A stretch of DNA of 64,000 nucleotides from Chiloscyllium plagiosum (lineage: Eukaryota): the NCBI RefSeq assembly GCF_004010195.1, contig NC_057720.1:5244177-5308176 (forward strand), given 5' to 3'. The position numbers and the translations under genes are program-made. Shown here piece after piece: positions 38,961 to 52,877 of the stretch; position 1 is the first letter of the stretch; the number at the start of each line of letters is the position of its first letter. Under the pieces are notes generated by a model that saw only the letters and a program-made list of their open reading frames with translations, did not search any database and was not told the DNA's origin.

Positions 38961-41176
38961 ACATCATGACTACCATCAACACCTCTAATAGGCAAGCATC
39001 AAAATATTTAAATGAGGGCCAAGTCTCTTGGGAGTTGTTCTGTTGCCTCCCCTGGACATTCTTCCTCCATTAAAGCTGCATGTGACTGAGTTTTAGAACA
39101 TTTTTTAAAAAACATTTTAAATACCCACCTGACTCAAAATGACTTTTTTGGCAGTAAAATTATATCCAAGAATCTAAAGTTCAGCTTCTGGGGGTAGAAC
39201 AGAATTAAACCAGTTACTTGCTCCCACAGACTAGCATTTTTGTAGCGCTGAAAATGTTAAGTCACTAGAAGCACTTCAATAAGGGTAAGCAAACATCAAG
39301 GAAGACTTTTTCCTGCAGAAATTGTGCACAGGGACAGGATGTCCTTCCAGTGGGAGTGTATATTAATGCTGATATGTCACCCTACATGCCCAAAATATTT
39401 CACTATAAACACACAATATTTCAATTTCACACCAATAAGAATAATGCCTTTTGGCTCCATTAATAAAAGTTATGGCTACAGTGCAGAGCTCACTTATTTC
39501 TAAACACTTCTTTCTACATGGCAATCTTTCACATCTATGATAAATGATCAATTCCATTTCTGGCAATGTTTTGGTAGCGAATGCCAATTTGTAAGAAGGA
39601 ACCATGTTTAATTTTGGCAGCAAACATCAGGGAAAAAAACCCCGAGAGGGAAGCAGACTTAAAGACTGATGCAAAACTATTTGCACAATGTATTTTTCAT
39701 TAAGGTTGGTAGATGTTCTTTGGAAGGTCAGTGCAGACATGGGCCAAATGGTCTGCTTCCGCATTGTAGGGATGCTATGATTCAATGAAAATGAGAGGCC
39801 ATATTTGATTTGTTGTGTTTTGGACCCAGTATAATACAAGGAGAAATGCAAAGTAAAGTGACTGTGTGGCATTGAAAATGGACATGACAGTTCAGATACA
39901 ATTTCCTGCTCTTAGGAGTTAAAAGAAAAACACCTTTAACATATTGCAATGGTTCAAGAAGGCAGGTCACCAACATTTTCTCAAGGGCAATCAGTGACAC
40001 TCATGTGCCATGAATGAACATAAAAAGAATTTAGAAACACAGATGCAAGAAAACAGATTTAAAAGTAGTGAAATCAAAACAGGTGTTTTGCAGAAAATAA
40101 CAAAGTATCTCAAGTACCAAATGACAAACTGAAAGCGATACCTTCATATGTAAAATCAAAGAAACTGAGTAAGAACAAAAGAAACTGAGCAGAAAACAAA
40201 AGTGAGGGAAGAGAATTTAAGGATTATACTATCATTACTTTTACATTTCTTTCACCCCTCATGTGTTTATGAAATACTTTTAAACTGACCAGTCAAAAAT
40301 TAATTTAAGGCACATGATGAGGGCTCCATTTTCTATTGCTCCCTCCAGCTGGTCATGTTAATTTTCACTTTCACAAAAGCAAAATATATTTGCTGGACAT
40401 CTGAAACCAAAGGGGTCTGACGGAAGATAATCATGAGCCCAAAATTTCAAATCTACTTCCTGAGCTGAACACTTCCAGCATTTTGCTTTCTTTGTAAAGG
40501 AGAAAAACTTTCCTGGGATGATGGGCATTGCTGCCAAGGCCACCATATGATGCCCATCTCCAACTGCCCTCTAACAGAGTGGTTTGCAAGTCTTTATCAG
40601 GCAGCAACTATGAAGCATCCACATTTTTGTGGGCTGGAGTCATACACGCCAGACTGGGTAATAAGGAGAGAGCTCCTTTACTAAAAGGAATTAGTGATTC
40701 AAATGAGATTTTACAATGGTTAATGACAGGTGGTCACCATTACTGCAACTGGTTACCATCACAGATTTATCAATCGATTTTAAATTCCACAAGCTGTTTA
40801 AATTTCAACACCCCACAAGATGCATTGCAGCGACTTGCCCAGGTTTCTTTGCAAGTGCTTCCTGTGCTTACCAAATGAAAAGATAGGGGGCAGCAGTTGT
40901 ACAGAATCATCACAACTGCAACTGTGCCACCCATTGTTTTTTAGACTCCACATTCTTCTCACTACAAAAAACTGTTTCTTGGCTTCATATTTTAACTAAG
41001 TGATCAGGAAATTGATACAGGTTTATGAAAAATACACAATTAGTTACAAAGGTGTCTGTTTTAAACTTAGACATTCATGAGCAACAGTAACAAATGTAAC
41101 GCATCTAAGCTAAATAAGCAGAGCTAAGAGGAGCTGCAACAGAACTTTTGTTTTGTTCATGTGTGTCCTGGGGTGT

Positions 41177-41266
41177 TATTGAAGGAGGGTTATACCCGAA
41201 ACGTTGACTTCTTCACCTCCTGATGCTGCCTGGCTTGCAATGTTCTTCCAGCCCCCTGCCTGTCTA
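41177..41266 (+). mobile_element. Solo Penelope-derived short element (further variant family)
   Basis: TTGAAGGA-GGGT/TAT/ACCC-GAAACGTT. TSD CCTGGGGTGT at 41167-41176 and 41267-41276. Confidence 0.75.
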
Positions 41267-41444
41267 CCTGGGGTGTCGTTGGCAAGACGAGCACCTAACA
41301 TCAGTTGCCAAACACCCTCAAGAAAAATTGCATGCCATCTTAAATCACTGCAATCCATATGAAGGACTTCCATAGTGCAGTTAGTTAAGGAGTTCCAGGA
41401 TTTTAACCAAGCAACAAGAAATTAGGATGTTGCATAACTTGGAC

Positions 41445-41980
41445 AACATTGATGAGGCCTCATTTAGAACACTAATTCTGGTCGCCCTTCGAAAGGAGGG
41501 ATGCTGTTAAACTTGAGAGGGTGCTGAAAAGATTTGCAAGAATGTTGTTGGGACTGGAGGGTTTGAGTTTAGGGAGAGGCTGAATAGGCTGGAGCATCAG
41601 AACCCAAGGAGTGACATTATATAAATTTATAAAATCATGAGAGGTACGAACAAGATGAATAGCCATAGTCTTTTTCCTAGTGTCGGGGAGTTCAAAACTA
41701 AAGGGCATAGGTTTAAGGTGAGAGGGAAAAGATTTAAAAAAGGACCTGAGGGGTAACTTTTGCAGCAGAGGGCGGGTTACGTGTATGGAAAAAGCTGTAG
41801 AAAATGGTGGAAGCTGGTACAATTACAAGATTTAAAAAGCATTTGGATTGGTGTACGAATGGGAAGAGTTTAGAGGGATATGGGCCAAATGCTGGCAAAT
41901 GGACTAAATCACATTGGAATGTCTGATCAGCCCAGATAAGTTGGACTGCAGGGTCTGTTTCTGCGCTGTATAACTCTGAA
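41445..41980 (+). mobile_element. CR1 LINE 3' fragment
   Basis: Collinear with the other CR1 3' ends in this window. Confidence 0.85.
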
Positions 41981-43174
41981 CAAATATGCAATTGTGGTCA
42001 TCTGTTGTCCCCTAGTCCTTTGCATTGGAAGTGTGACCTTCATCTACCAAAACACTTGGGCAAGTGGGTGCAGTGCATCTTGCAGATAGCATAAACTATG
42101 AATATGCTGCACTGGTGGTGACGAGAGTGAATGCTGATCGGGTCCATTCAAATGGACTGCTCTGTTCTGAATGATCAATCTCAATTCTTATTAGAGCTGT
42201 AGTCAACCAGGAAAGTGGAGAATGTCAGAGCATTCTATCATAAACCTGACTTCTACCTTGCAGATGGTGAACAAGATTTGAGGAAGTGGCAAGTTACTCA
42301 CAACAGAATTTTTGGCATCTAATCTGTTCTTGTAGCTACTTATACCTGGTTGGCCTAGTTCTGCTCAACTGTGATCCCCAAGATGTGGATGGTGGAGGAT
42401 TCAATAAGGGTAATGTTGCTGAATATCAAGCAACAATGATTGGCTTCCATAATATTGGAAATAGTCATGACTTGGCATTGTGTGGTGTAACTGTTGCTCG
42501 CCACTAATCAGCCCAAGCTTAGACTTTGTAGCTTTTCTGTACGACAACACAGACTGCTTGATTATCCAAAGAGTGACGAACAGAACTGGGCATACTGTAA
42601 TCATTTGTGAACCACCTCACTTCTGACCTTATGAAGGGAAAGCCACCGAAGAAACAAATGATGATGAATTGGTTTGAGACACTGTCGTTAAAAAAATGAG
42701 TATTTAACGGAGTCCAAAAATCAAAGCAGTGAATGATCACGAGTAGGGTTTCTTTTATCATTAGCTTTGATGCATATAGCACAGGAGGATGGTATTCAGC
42801 CTATTGTATCCATGCTTGTTGCAAGAGCAACACATTTAGTTTACCTGCTTACCCCCAACTGAACGAAAACATTGAAAACTAGTACAGTAAACCAATGAAG
42901 AGCACCAGATGATGATTTGAAACTGGAAGAAGTTTCGTGATTTTCAGATTTTTCAATGCATACAGTTCAATTGGTAGGTTTTATGATAGATTTGTGATTC
43001 CAAAAATATTAAAAGTGCCTCACACTAATGGTAGGGGAGAACTTGAAAAGTAAATTAGGAAAGTGAAGAGAGTGCATGTGTAAGTATTGGAAGGTAGAAT
43101 AAAGCAAAACACAAATGAGTATATAAAGAACAAAAGAATAACTAGGGAAAGAGTAGAGCCATTAGAGTGCGGTC

Positions 43175-43505
43175 TACATGACAATATGGTGGCTCAGTGG
43201 ATAGCACTGCTGCCTCACTGCACCAGGGACCTGGGTTCAATTCCAGCCTTTGACGACTGTCTGTCTGGAGTTGACATGTTCTCCCCGTGTCTGTGCGCTT
43301 CCTGCTGGTGCTCCAGTTTCCTTTAATACCCAAATGTGCACGTTAGGTGGATTAGGCATGGTAAAAGTAGGGTTACATGGATTGGGGGAGGGGGCTTGCT
43401 CTATGTGGGATGCTCTGGTTTGGGCCTGGAGTGGTGAGAGGAGGAATCGGTGCAGACAAAATGGGTTAAATGGCCTCTTCCATGCTTTAGGGACTCTACG
43501 ACTCC
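43175..43505 (+). mobile_element. Older HE1-type V-SINE
   Basis: GGTGGCTCAGTGG and GGTTCAATTCC boxes plus V-domain. Confidence 0.8.
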
Positions 43506-44033
43506 ATCAAGGCATTTGATAAGGTCCCTCTTGGCTGACTGGTTAAGAAAGTAACAGTTCATGGAACCTAAGGCAAATGTGCATGTTGGATGCAAAATTG
43601 TCTGAGTGACAGGAAGTCTAGGGTGACAGTAGAAGGAATTTCTGCAATTGGAAATTTGTTTCTAGTGTATTTCCAAAACACTGAGTACTGGGGCCCTTAC
43701 TGTTTGCCATGTCCATTAATGATTTGGACTGAAATGTATAAGACCATTTGAAACAGGAACAGGTGAAGGCTGTTTGGCACCTTTAGCCTGATCCACCTTT
43801 CAAGATTATAGTGATCTGACATAGCTCTCACCCACTTGCCTGCCAATTACCCATTATCTTTGATTCACTGACTGATCAAGAATCTACCTCAGCCTTACGA
43901 GTTCAAGTTTCAGTGTGGCAAGTATATTCAGTATAAATGAATTCAGTAAAAAAAAAAGAGAGACATTTGTGGACTGTCACCAAAAAGCTCAATGGATTGC
44001 TATTGTCAGCTGATTGACACACCATGACGCCAA

Positions 44034-44126
44034 GGTAAAAACAATGACTGCAGATGCTGGAAACCAGATTCTGGATCAGTGGTGCTGGAAGAGCACAGCA
44101 ATTCAGGCAGCATCCGAGGACAGGCA
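44034..44126 (-). mobile_element. Family A Penelope terminal fragment
   Basis: Reverse complement of ~559-651. Confidence 0.85.
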
Positions 44127-45596
44127 CCTTGTTTTTTCTTTGCTATATCCTCATGTGTCTAGACAAAGTTAGGGAAATGTGATGATGTATCCGCAGCAAG
44201 GTCACTGTTTCAGGCAATTCAACCAATATATTCATTTGCAATACAATGAACATCAGCGTGCCCTTTAATATTTGCTGAATACACAGACACTGTCTATGGC
44301 TTTGGGATGAAGCATCTGGTTTGGACCAAATCACCTACTTACTCACTGCATGAATAATTCTGTGGCCTAAGAAACTGAGCCAAATTGAGTTAGCCAACAA
44401 GGATTAACATTTTACTGCTGACTGGAAGGCATCCAACAGCACTGTTGGCAAAGGCAAAAAGATTTTCAATCCAGGTGCTGATTTTGAACTCTGACAGCCT
44501 AACAGATCTAAAATGGTGCCAAATAAGGATTGCCTCAAAAAGCCTCTTTTACACTGACGCTTTAGGTCAGATTCCATGAGTCAGTTCCCTGCATTTAGAT
44601 GACAAAATCCATCCTTGTTTATCTTGGTAGCATAAATATGAAGTTTTTTCCCCCTGAGTTTTTAATTCTGGCACTGATACAGAAACTGGATTTGAAAGCA
44701 TCTATATTCTCAGATGTTTCTGAAATTCAAACTTGACATGGGCTTCTTTAAAAATTACATTCCTTACAACAACTCACATTTACATACTACAGAGGACACT
44801 TTACAGACTGGTAGTTACACAAAAATGAATGTCATGTGAGATAAATAAATACTAGTCGGAGTGACAAAAAGCCCAACTAAAGAAACAGGTTTTAAAAGGT
44901 CTGAAACGGAAAATAGGGATGCAGAGTAGTTTAGGGAGGGAACCTGAAAGGTGCGCTGTCAATTCTTGCCTCTCCCCATTTACGCAAGTGTCAAAAATCT
45001 ATTTAGTCTGGGATTTGGACATCCTTCCCTTTTATGGCCAATTTGGTGGATGATGTTTTGGGAAGCACATTTTCTTTTTCTTTACCAAATGTTATCATAC
45101 AAACACAAATCTTTGTTGCTATCACTAAACTTACACAAAGATGACTACACGCTGAAGTTCTATTTGGTGTTGCTGTGACAAAGAAGTTCAGGATGTAAGT
45201 AGACCTATCTATGACTCTGGTGTCCCCAAGAGTTTTTTCCAATTCATTTCAAAGGATGCGGCTGTCATTAATTAGGCCAATATTTGTTGCCCATCCTTAA
45301 TTGCCAGAGGTTAGTTAAGTGCAAGCCACAGTGGATCTGGTGTCACATATAGGCCAGATCAGATAAGGATGGCAGATTTAAAGCCCAAAATGAACATTAA
45401 TGAACCAGATGGATTTTCCAACAATAATTGCAAATTGAATGCAAATTTCACCAACTACATGGTTAGTTTGAAGCCCCATGTCCCGAGAAATGGGTTTCTC
45501 AATGACTAGTCCAGTGGTATTATTACTGAAGTTCTACAATCTTATCTACACTAGGCTCCAGTGCCTTAAGTTCATTCTCAGTAAAATAAACAGCAA

Positions 45597-45690
45597 GATT
45601 AGAGTGGTGCTGGAAAAGCACAGCAGGTCAGGCAGGATCAGAGGAGTAGGAAAATCGATGTTTCGGGCAAAAGCCCTTCAGCTGGACTGA
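45597..45690 (-). mobile_element. Penelope-derived tail-less arm ending at hammerhead stem II
   Basis: GATGTTTCGGGCAAAAGCCCTTCA is the reverse complement of the family A hammerhead. Confidence 0.75.
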
Positions 45691-47454
45691 AGGCTCTGCA
45701 AGTTCAGCTAAGTTCATTCAGCTTCATTCTTGCAAACTGGGCACACATTCATACAATCTGCGACCCTACGAGACAACTGCGGAAAGTTGGACTGATGTGA
45801 AAAATATTTATAGAAGATAAGCAGGACACATCAATTGCCAAAATCTGGATTTATATCAACAGGTGGCCACATTGTCATGACAGCTGTTCTGGCGGGAGAA
45901 CACTTAAATACAAGCTACTTTTACACTGAATGAAATCTATGCTGGCAACACCAGCTTTTTGTGCGTGACCATTGTCAATCCAAATGTAAACTTGCCAGGT
46001 TTTTCCAAGATAGGAGGAACTCATTTGCCACCAGCTCAGAGCACCAGTGTCAGAATCTGGCATGATTAATACTGTGTGTGCTCTTTATGAAGGCTTCCAT
46101 ATACCCATCATGTGGCTGCCAAGAGGGCCATGACTAAACAAGCCAATTTGGATTGTTGTTTTAGAGTGAAATGCTGACCAATAAAGTACTTTGCTTCATT
46201 TCAAGAGTATGACTGAAATAAAACAGTACTTCACAGCCACAGAGATACATTGTGCTATCTTCTTCAAACATTGAACTAGAGTGTAATCATTTTCAGGGAT
46301 TTAACGGATTGGGTTGGAGTCCACAATATAGCAAATAAGATTTGCTTCTTGTGTTGTACTTTGTTCTTATACATCACTCCCTCAGTCACCTAAACATTTC
46401 ATTAAAAACAAATTCAGAATTCAAAGAGATTTAACTTTGCCAGGTTATTTCCCTTAGATATTTTTACAATTTGAAATAATTAATTAGTATTACACATTCT
46501 GAAATGGGATCACACAAACCACGGTTACCTTTAAGTAAGGCGCACAGAGGCAGATTGGAAGAAACTCATCAACCCAAAGTCGTCATGGGAATTCAACAGA
46601 GACAGATGAGTGTGTTATCAATATTAAGTTGTACCAAGCTAGAATCCTGATGAGATAATTAAGTGTTAAAAAAATTACCTCCATTTCAAAATAATGGCTT
46701 GATTCTTCTGATATTTACCTGAAGTTTTTTCAGCAATTAAGTATTAGTATTTATAAGTATTTGTATTCAATTTTTAAAAATCAGTTTTTAAAACAGTACT
46801 TTTTAATTGACTTGGATACCAGCACAAACCTTGCAGCTACATCCTTTTAGCAAATACTTGGTCTTTCTGATTATAAAACAAAACAAATTACTGGTCTCCA
46901 TGAAAATAATAAAATTAGATTCAAATAACCCCTGAAAAAGGCAGCAAGAATAATGGTAAGTATACTTGTACCCACAGAATAGGTTTGGCCAAAGAACAAC
47001 ATTGGGAAATCCTAATTTTATAGTAGGCAGAAGATCAAAGCCACTGACTCATTACCTAACCATTCTATTCCTCTAACTTGGAATGCTTGATTCAAATTTG
47101 TACAAAATGGAATGTGTTCTACTCATCAGCATTCCCACCTAATAATCAGAACTCTGAGGAGTTAGAAAATAACTCAAGCCATTATAGACATCTAAGATTA
47201 TTTTTTAAAACTATACAAGGCTAGCTTTAAACTCGTTGGCTTTACTTAATATACATTAGTAGATAATTAAAGTCTGGAGTAATTAAATGGCTTCTATCTT
47301 CAGTGGTGCAGTATGATCTATTTTTGTAATAACAGAAACTGTAGTTATAAATAGTTTTGACTTGCTGATTATATTCAATGTTAATTGTTAAATTATGTTA
47401 AAAATAGAAATGGACTGGGACAAGAGTTTGAAATAAACTTTGTCCGGGATAAAT

Positions 47455-50400
47455 GCTTAAATCTTTTACAAATACATTAAGGACAAAAGAATAACGAGGG
47501 AGACAATAGGGCGCCTCAAAGATCCGCCTGTGTGTGGAGCCAGAGGAGATAGGGTAGATACTAAACAAGTATTTTGCATCGGTGCTTATTGTGGAAAAGG
47601 ACATAGAAGACGTAGAACGTAGGGAAATAGATGGTGACATCATGTAAAATTTCCATATTACAGAGGAAGTAGTGCTGGATGTCTTGAAACACAAAGGTGG
47701 ATAAATTCCCAGGACCTAATCAGGTGTACCCTTGAACTCTGTGGGAAGCGATTGCTGGGCCTCTTGCTGAGATATTTGTATCATCGATAGTCACAGGTGA
47801 GGTGCCAGAAGATTGGAGGTTGGCAAACGTGGTGCTACTGTTTAAGAAAGGTGGTAAGGACAAGCCAGAGAACTATAGACCAGTGAGCCTGATGTCGGCA
47901 GTGGCCAAGTTGTTGGAGAGAATCCCGAGGGATAGGATGCACATGTATTTGGAAAGGCAAGGACTGATTAGGGATAGTCAAGGTGGCTTTCTGTATGGGA
48001 AATCACGTCTCACAAACTTGATTGAGTTTTTTGAAGAAGTAACAAAGAAGATTGATGAGGGCAGAGCAGTAGATGTGATCTATGTGGACTTCAGTAAGGC
48101 ATTCGACAATGTTCCCCATGGGAGACTGATTAGCAAGGTTAGATCTCATGGAATACAGGAAGAACTAGCCATTTGGATATAGAACTGGCTCAAAGGTAGA
48201 AGACAGAAGGTGGTGGTGCTGGAGGGTTCTTTTTCAGATTGGAGGCCTGTGAGCAGTGGAGTGCCACAAGGATCAGTGCGAGCTCCACTACTTTTCATCA
48301 TTTGTATAAATGATTTGGATGTGAACCTAAAAGGTATAGTTAGTAGGTTTGCAGATGACACCAAATTTGGAGGTGTAGTGGACAGTGAAGAAGGTTACCT
48401 CAGATTACAATGGAATCTTAATCAGATGGGTTGAGAAGTAACAATTGGAGTTTAATTCAGATAAATGCGAGGTGCTGCATTTTGGGAAAGCAAATCTTAG
48501 CAGGGCTTATACACTTAATGGTAAGGTCCTAGGGAGTGTTGCTGAACAAAGACACCTTGGAGTGCAGGTTCATAGCTCCTTGAAAGCGGAGTTGCAAGTA
48601 GATAGGATAGTGAAGGCGGCGTTTGGTATGCTTTCCTTTATTGGTCAGAGTATTAAGTACAGGAGTTGGGAGGTCATGTTGCGGCTGTACAGGACATTGG
48701 TTAGGCCACTTTTGGAATATTGCGTGCAGTTCTGATCGCCTTACTATCTTGAAAGGGTTCAGAAAAGATTTACAAGAATGTTGTCAGGGTTGGAGGATTT
48801 GCAGTTGAATAGGCAGGGGCTGTTTTCCCTGGAGCGTTGGAGGCTGAGAGGTGATCTTATAGAGGTTTATAAAATCATGAGGAGCTTGGATAGGATAAAG
48901 AGACAAAGTCTTTTCTCTGGGGTGGGGGAGTCCAGAGCTAGAGGACATAGGTTTAGGGTGAGAGGGGAAAGATATAGCAGATTAGTCACAGAAAATATTC
49001 AAAGCTGAGTTTGATTGATCATTGAACAACGAAGAGTGGAGGGACAGTTAGATTGGAGTTGAGGCTAACATGAGATCAGTCATGTTCTTACTGAATGATG
49101 GAGCAGACCTGAGGGACCAAATGGCCTACTCCAGCTCCTATTTATGATCTTCTTCTGAAAGGTCGAGTATAGTAGGGCTGAAATTGACAAAAGCAGAATT
49201 TGTGTGCAATTCTGGTCTCCCTTCTATTGGAAGGATGTTTTGAAACTTGAAAAAGAGTTCAGAAAAGATCTACAAGGGAGGTGCCATGCCAGGGTTGGAG
49301 GGTTTGAGCTATAGGGAAAGGTGGAATAGGCCGGGGCTATTTTCCCTGGAGCATCGGAGACTGAGGGTGACCTTATAGAAATTTTTAACATCATGAGGGG
49401 CATGGAGAGGATAAATAGACAAAGTCTTTTCCCTGGAGTTGAAGAGTCCAGATCTACAATGTATACGTGTATTGCGACAGGGGAAAAATTTCAAAGGGCC
49501 CTAAGGGTTTTTTATGCAGAGGGTGGTGTCTGTATGGAATGAGTTGGCAAAGGAGATGGTGGAGGCTGGTACAACCACAACATTTAAAAGGAATCTGGAT
49601 GAGTACATGATAGGAAGGGTTTAGGGGAACATGGGCCAGGTGGTGGCAAATGAGAATGGGACGAGATTAGGCTAGAATATCTGGTCGGCATTGACGAGTT
49701 GGACTGAAGGGTCTGTTTCCGTGCTGTACATTTCCAAGACTCCAAGATCTAAGGGGCAACTTTTTCACGCAGAGGGTGGTATGTGTATGGAAGGAGCTGC
49801 CAGAGGAAGTGGTCGAGGCTAGAGTCATAGAAATGTACAGCATGGAAACAAACCCTTTGGTCCAACCTGTTCATGCCGACCAGATATCCCAACCCAATCT
49901 AGTCCCACCTGCCAGCACCCGGCCCATATCCCTCCAAATCCTTCCTATTCATATACCCATCCAAATGCCTTTTAAATTCTGTAACTGTACCAGCCTCCAC
50001 CACTTCCTCTGGCAGCTCATTCCATACATGTACCACCCTCTGCGTGAAACAGTTGCCCCTTAGGTCTCTTTTATATCTTTCCCCTCGCACCCTAACCTAT
50101 GCCCTCTAGTTCTGCAATCCCCGACTCCAGGGAAAAGACTTTGTCTATTTATCCTATCCATGTCCCTCATAATTTTGTAAACCTCTATAAGGTCACCCCT
50201 CAGCCTCCGACGCTCCAGGAAAACAGTCCCAGCCTTTCAACCACTCCCAATAGCTCAAATCCTCCAACCCTGGCAACATCCTTGTAAATCTTTTCTGAAT
50301 CCTTTCAAGTTTCACAACATCTTTCCGATAGGAAGGAGACCAGAATTGCACGCATTATTTCAACAGTGGCCTAACCAATGTCCTCTACAGACGCAACATG

Positions 50401-51886
50401 ACCTCCCAACTCCTGTATTCAATACTCTGACCAATAAATGAAAGCATACCAAACACCACCTTCACTATCCTATCTACCTGCGACTCCACTTTCAAACAGC
50501 TATGAACCTGCTTTCCAAGGTCTCTTTGTTCAGCAACACTCCCTAAGACCTTGCCATTAGGTGTACAAGTCCTGCTAAGATTTGCTTTCCCAAAATGCAG
50601 CACCTCACATCAATCGGAATTAAACTCCATCTGCCACTTCTCAGACCATTGGCCCATCTGGTCTAGATCCTGTTGTAATCTGAGGTAATCCTCTTCGCTG
50701 TCCACTCCACCTCCAATTTTGGTGTCATCTGCAAACTTACTAACTATACCTCTTATGCTCACATCCAAATCATTTATGTAAATGATAAAAAGTAGAGGGC
50801 CCAGCACCGATCCTTGAGGCACTCCACTGGTCACAGGCCTCCAGTCTGAAAAACAACCCTCCACCACCACCCTCTGTCTTCTACCTTTGAGCCAGTTATG
50901 TATCCAAATGACTAGTTTTCCTTGTATTCCATGAGATCTAACCTTGCTAATCAGTCTCCCATGGGGAACCTTGTCGAACGCCTTACTGAAGTCCATATAG
51001 ATCACATCTACTGCTCTGCCCTCATCAATCTTCTTGTTACTTGTTCAAAAAACTCAATCAAGTTTGAGAGACATGATTTCCCACGAACAAAGCCATGTTG
51101 ACTATCCCGAATCAGTACTTGCCTTTCCAAATACATGGACATCCTGTCCCTCAGGATTCTCTCCAACAACTTGGCCACTGCTGACATCAAGCTCGCCAGT
51201 CTATAGTTCCCTGGCTTGTCTTTACCACGTTTGCCAACCTCCAGTCTTCCGGTACCTCACCTGTGACTATCGATGATACAAATATCTCAGCAAGAGGCCC
51301 AGCAATCATTTCTCTAGCTTCCCAGAGTTCTAGGGTACACCTGATCAGGTCCTAGGGATTTATCCACCTTTACCCATTTCAAGACATCCAGCACTTCCTG
51401 CTATGTAATCTTGACATTTTGCAAAATGTCACCATCTACTCCCTTTTCCACAGTAAATACGGATGCAAAATACTCATTTAGTATCTCCCCCATTTTCTGT
51501 GGCTCCACATAAAGGCCGCCTTGCTGATCTTTGAGGGGTCCTATTCTTTCCCGAGTTACCCTTTTCTCCTTAATGTATTTGTAAAGATTCTTTGGATTCT
51601 CCTTAATTCTATTTGCCAAAGCTATCTCATGTCCCCTTTTTGTCTTCCTGATTTCTCTCTTAAGTATGCTCCTACTTCAGAGAGAAATCAGGAGGGCAAA
51701 AAGAGGACATGAGATAGCTTTGGCAAATAGACATTTAAAAGGCATCTGGATAGGTATATGAAAAGGAAGGGTTTGGAGGGCTATAGGCCATGTGCTGGCA
51801 GGTGGGCCTAGATCGAGTTGGGATATCTGGTCAGCAGGACAAGTTGGATCGAAGGGTGTTCCTGTGCTATACATCTCTATGATTCT
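47455..51886 (+). mobile_element. Young 5'-truncated CR1/HER1 LINE split into 47455-48975, 49746-49820 and 51731-51886
   Basis: ORFs PEDWRLANVVLLFKKG..NYRPVSL..DFSKAFD, GVPQGSV..FADDTK and LYRTLVRPLLEYCVQF. The three pieces are collinear. Confidence 0.9.
49821..51676 (-). mobile_element. Young CR1/HER1 LINE inserted antisense inside the previous copy
   Basis: ORFs 50610-51005 (DFSKAFDKVPH..GVPQGSVLGP..FADD), 51008-51190 and 51401-51619; complete 3' tail at 49821. Confidence 0.92.
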
Positions 51887-52676
51887 ACATTATATTTAAA
51901 CACAGTTATTAAATTGTTGGTAGGGAATTGCTATAGGCTTCTCAAATCATCTGAATGTTACCATTCCACTGCAATGCTTGTTTTTGTGTTTAGCACAGTA
52001 GTTAGCACAGTAGCGCAGTAGTTTAGAAGCGTAGTTCACATCCGATAATGAATTTACCTTAACTCATTTTTTCCTACTTGCATGCAATTGGGGGTCAGTT
52101 AGCAATGCAGAATAACACCAGAGTGGGTTCAATTCCTGGCATTACCATGAAGGGCTCTCCCTTTGATCCTCTCTTGCCAGAGAGGTGACGACCCTCAGGT
52201 TAAACCATGATCAGTTGTCTCTCTTTAATGAGACAGCAGCCCTAAGGCAATTGCGTTTAAAACACACATCAGTATTAACTGAAAATATGTGACTCAAATT
52301 CACAAAGATAGTTATCAGATCCACCGTTTTTAGAATATAGATTGAATATCTCAAAACTGGCACCATTCAGAGCATGCTCAATTTTGGATCCTGGTTTTTG
52401 GACAACAAAAATGGAAATCTTAAAATCAATGAAAGGGAATACATGCAATTAAGAAAGCAAGTTCCTTTAGAGTAAAAAAGTGAATACTTCTTGATAAAAT
52501 AAATTAACTAGATCATTAATTCTACTTGCAGGCAGTGCGGGATCTCAGTGTTCCTGAAGCTGCCAGAGAACTGCAGTTTCCAGTTTATGTGGAGAAAAAC
52601 AAATTGGTCTGGGTTGGGTGAGATCAAGGGTTATGCTTGATGTGCAGGAGGAAAGGTGGGGAAATCTGTTAACTAG

Positions 52677-52877
52677 CAGGTCAGGCAGCATCCAGGGAAC
52701 AGGAGAATCGACGTTTCGGGGCATAAGCCCTTCTTCAGGAATGGCCATTCCTGAAGAAGGGCTTATGCCCGAAACGTCGATTCTCCTGTTCCCTGGATGC
52801 TGCCTGACCTGCTGCGCTTTTCCAGCAACACATTTCCAGCTCTGATCTCCAGCATCTGCAGACCTCACTTTCTCCTC
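52677..52877. mobile_element. Spacerless inverted pair of family B elements; hammerhead core at 52751-52778
   Basis: TSD AAATCTGTTAACTAG at 52662-52676 and 52878-52892. The palindrome is centred on TGG|CCA at 52744/52745. Confidence 0.93.

Noticed and set aside
540..52868. Recurrent ORF peptides such as LLGCCLTCCAFPATHF and MLPDLLRFSSNTF
   Set aside because: They are chance translations of the non-coding Penelope terminal repeats, not a protein family.
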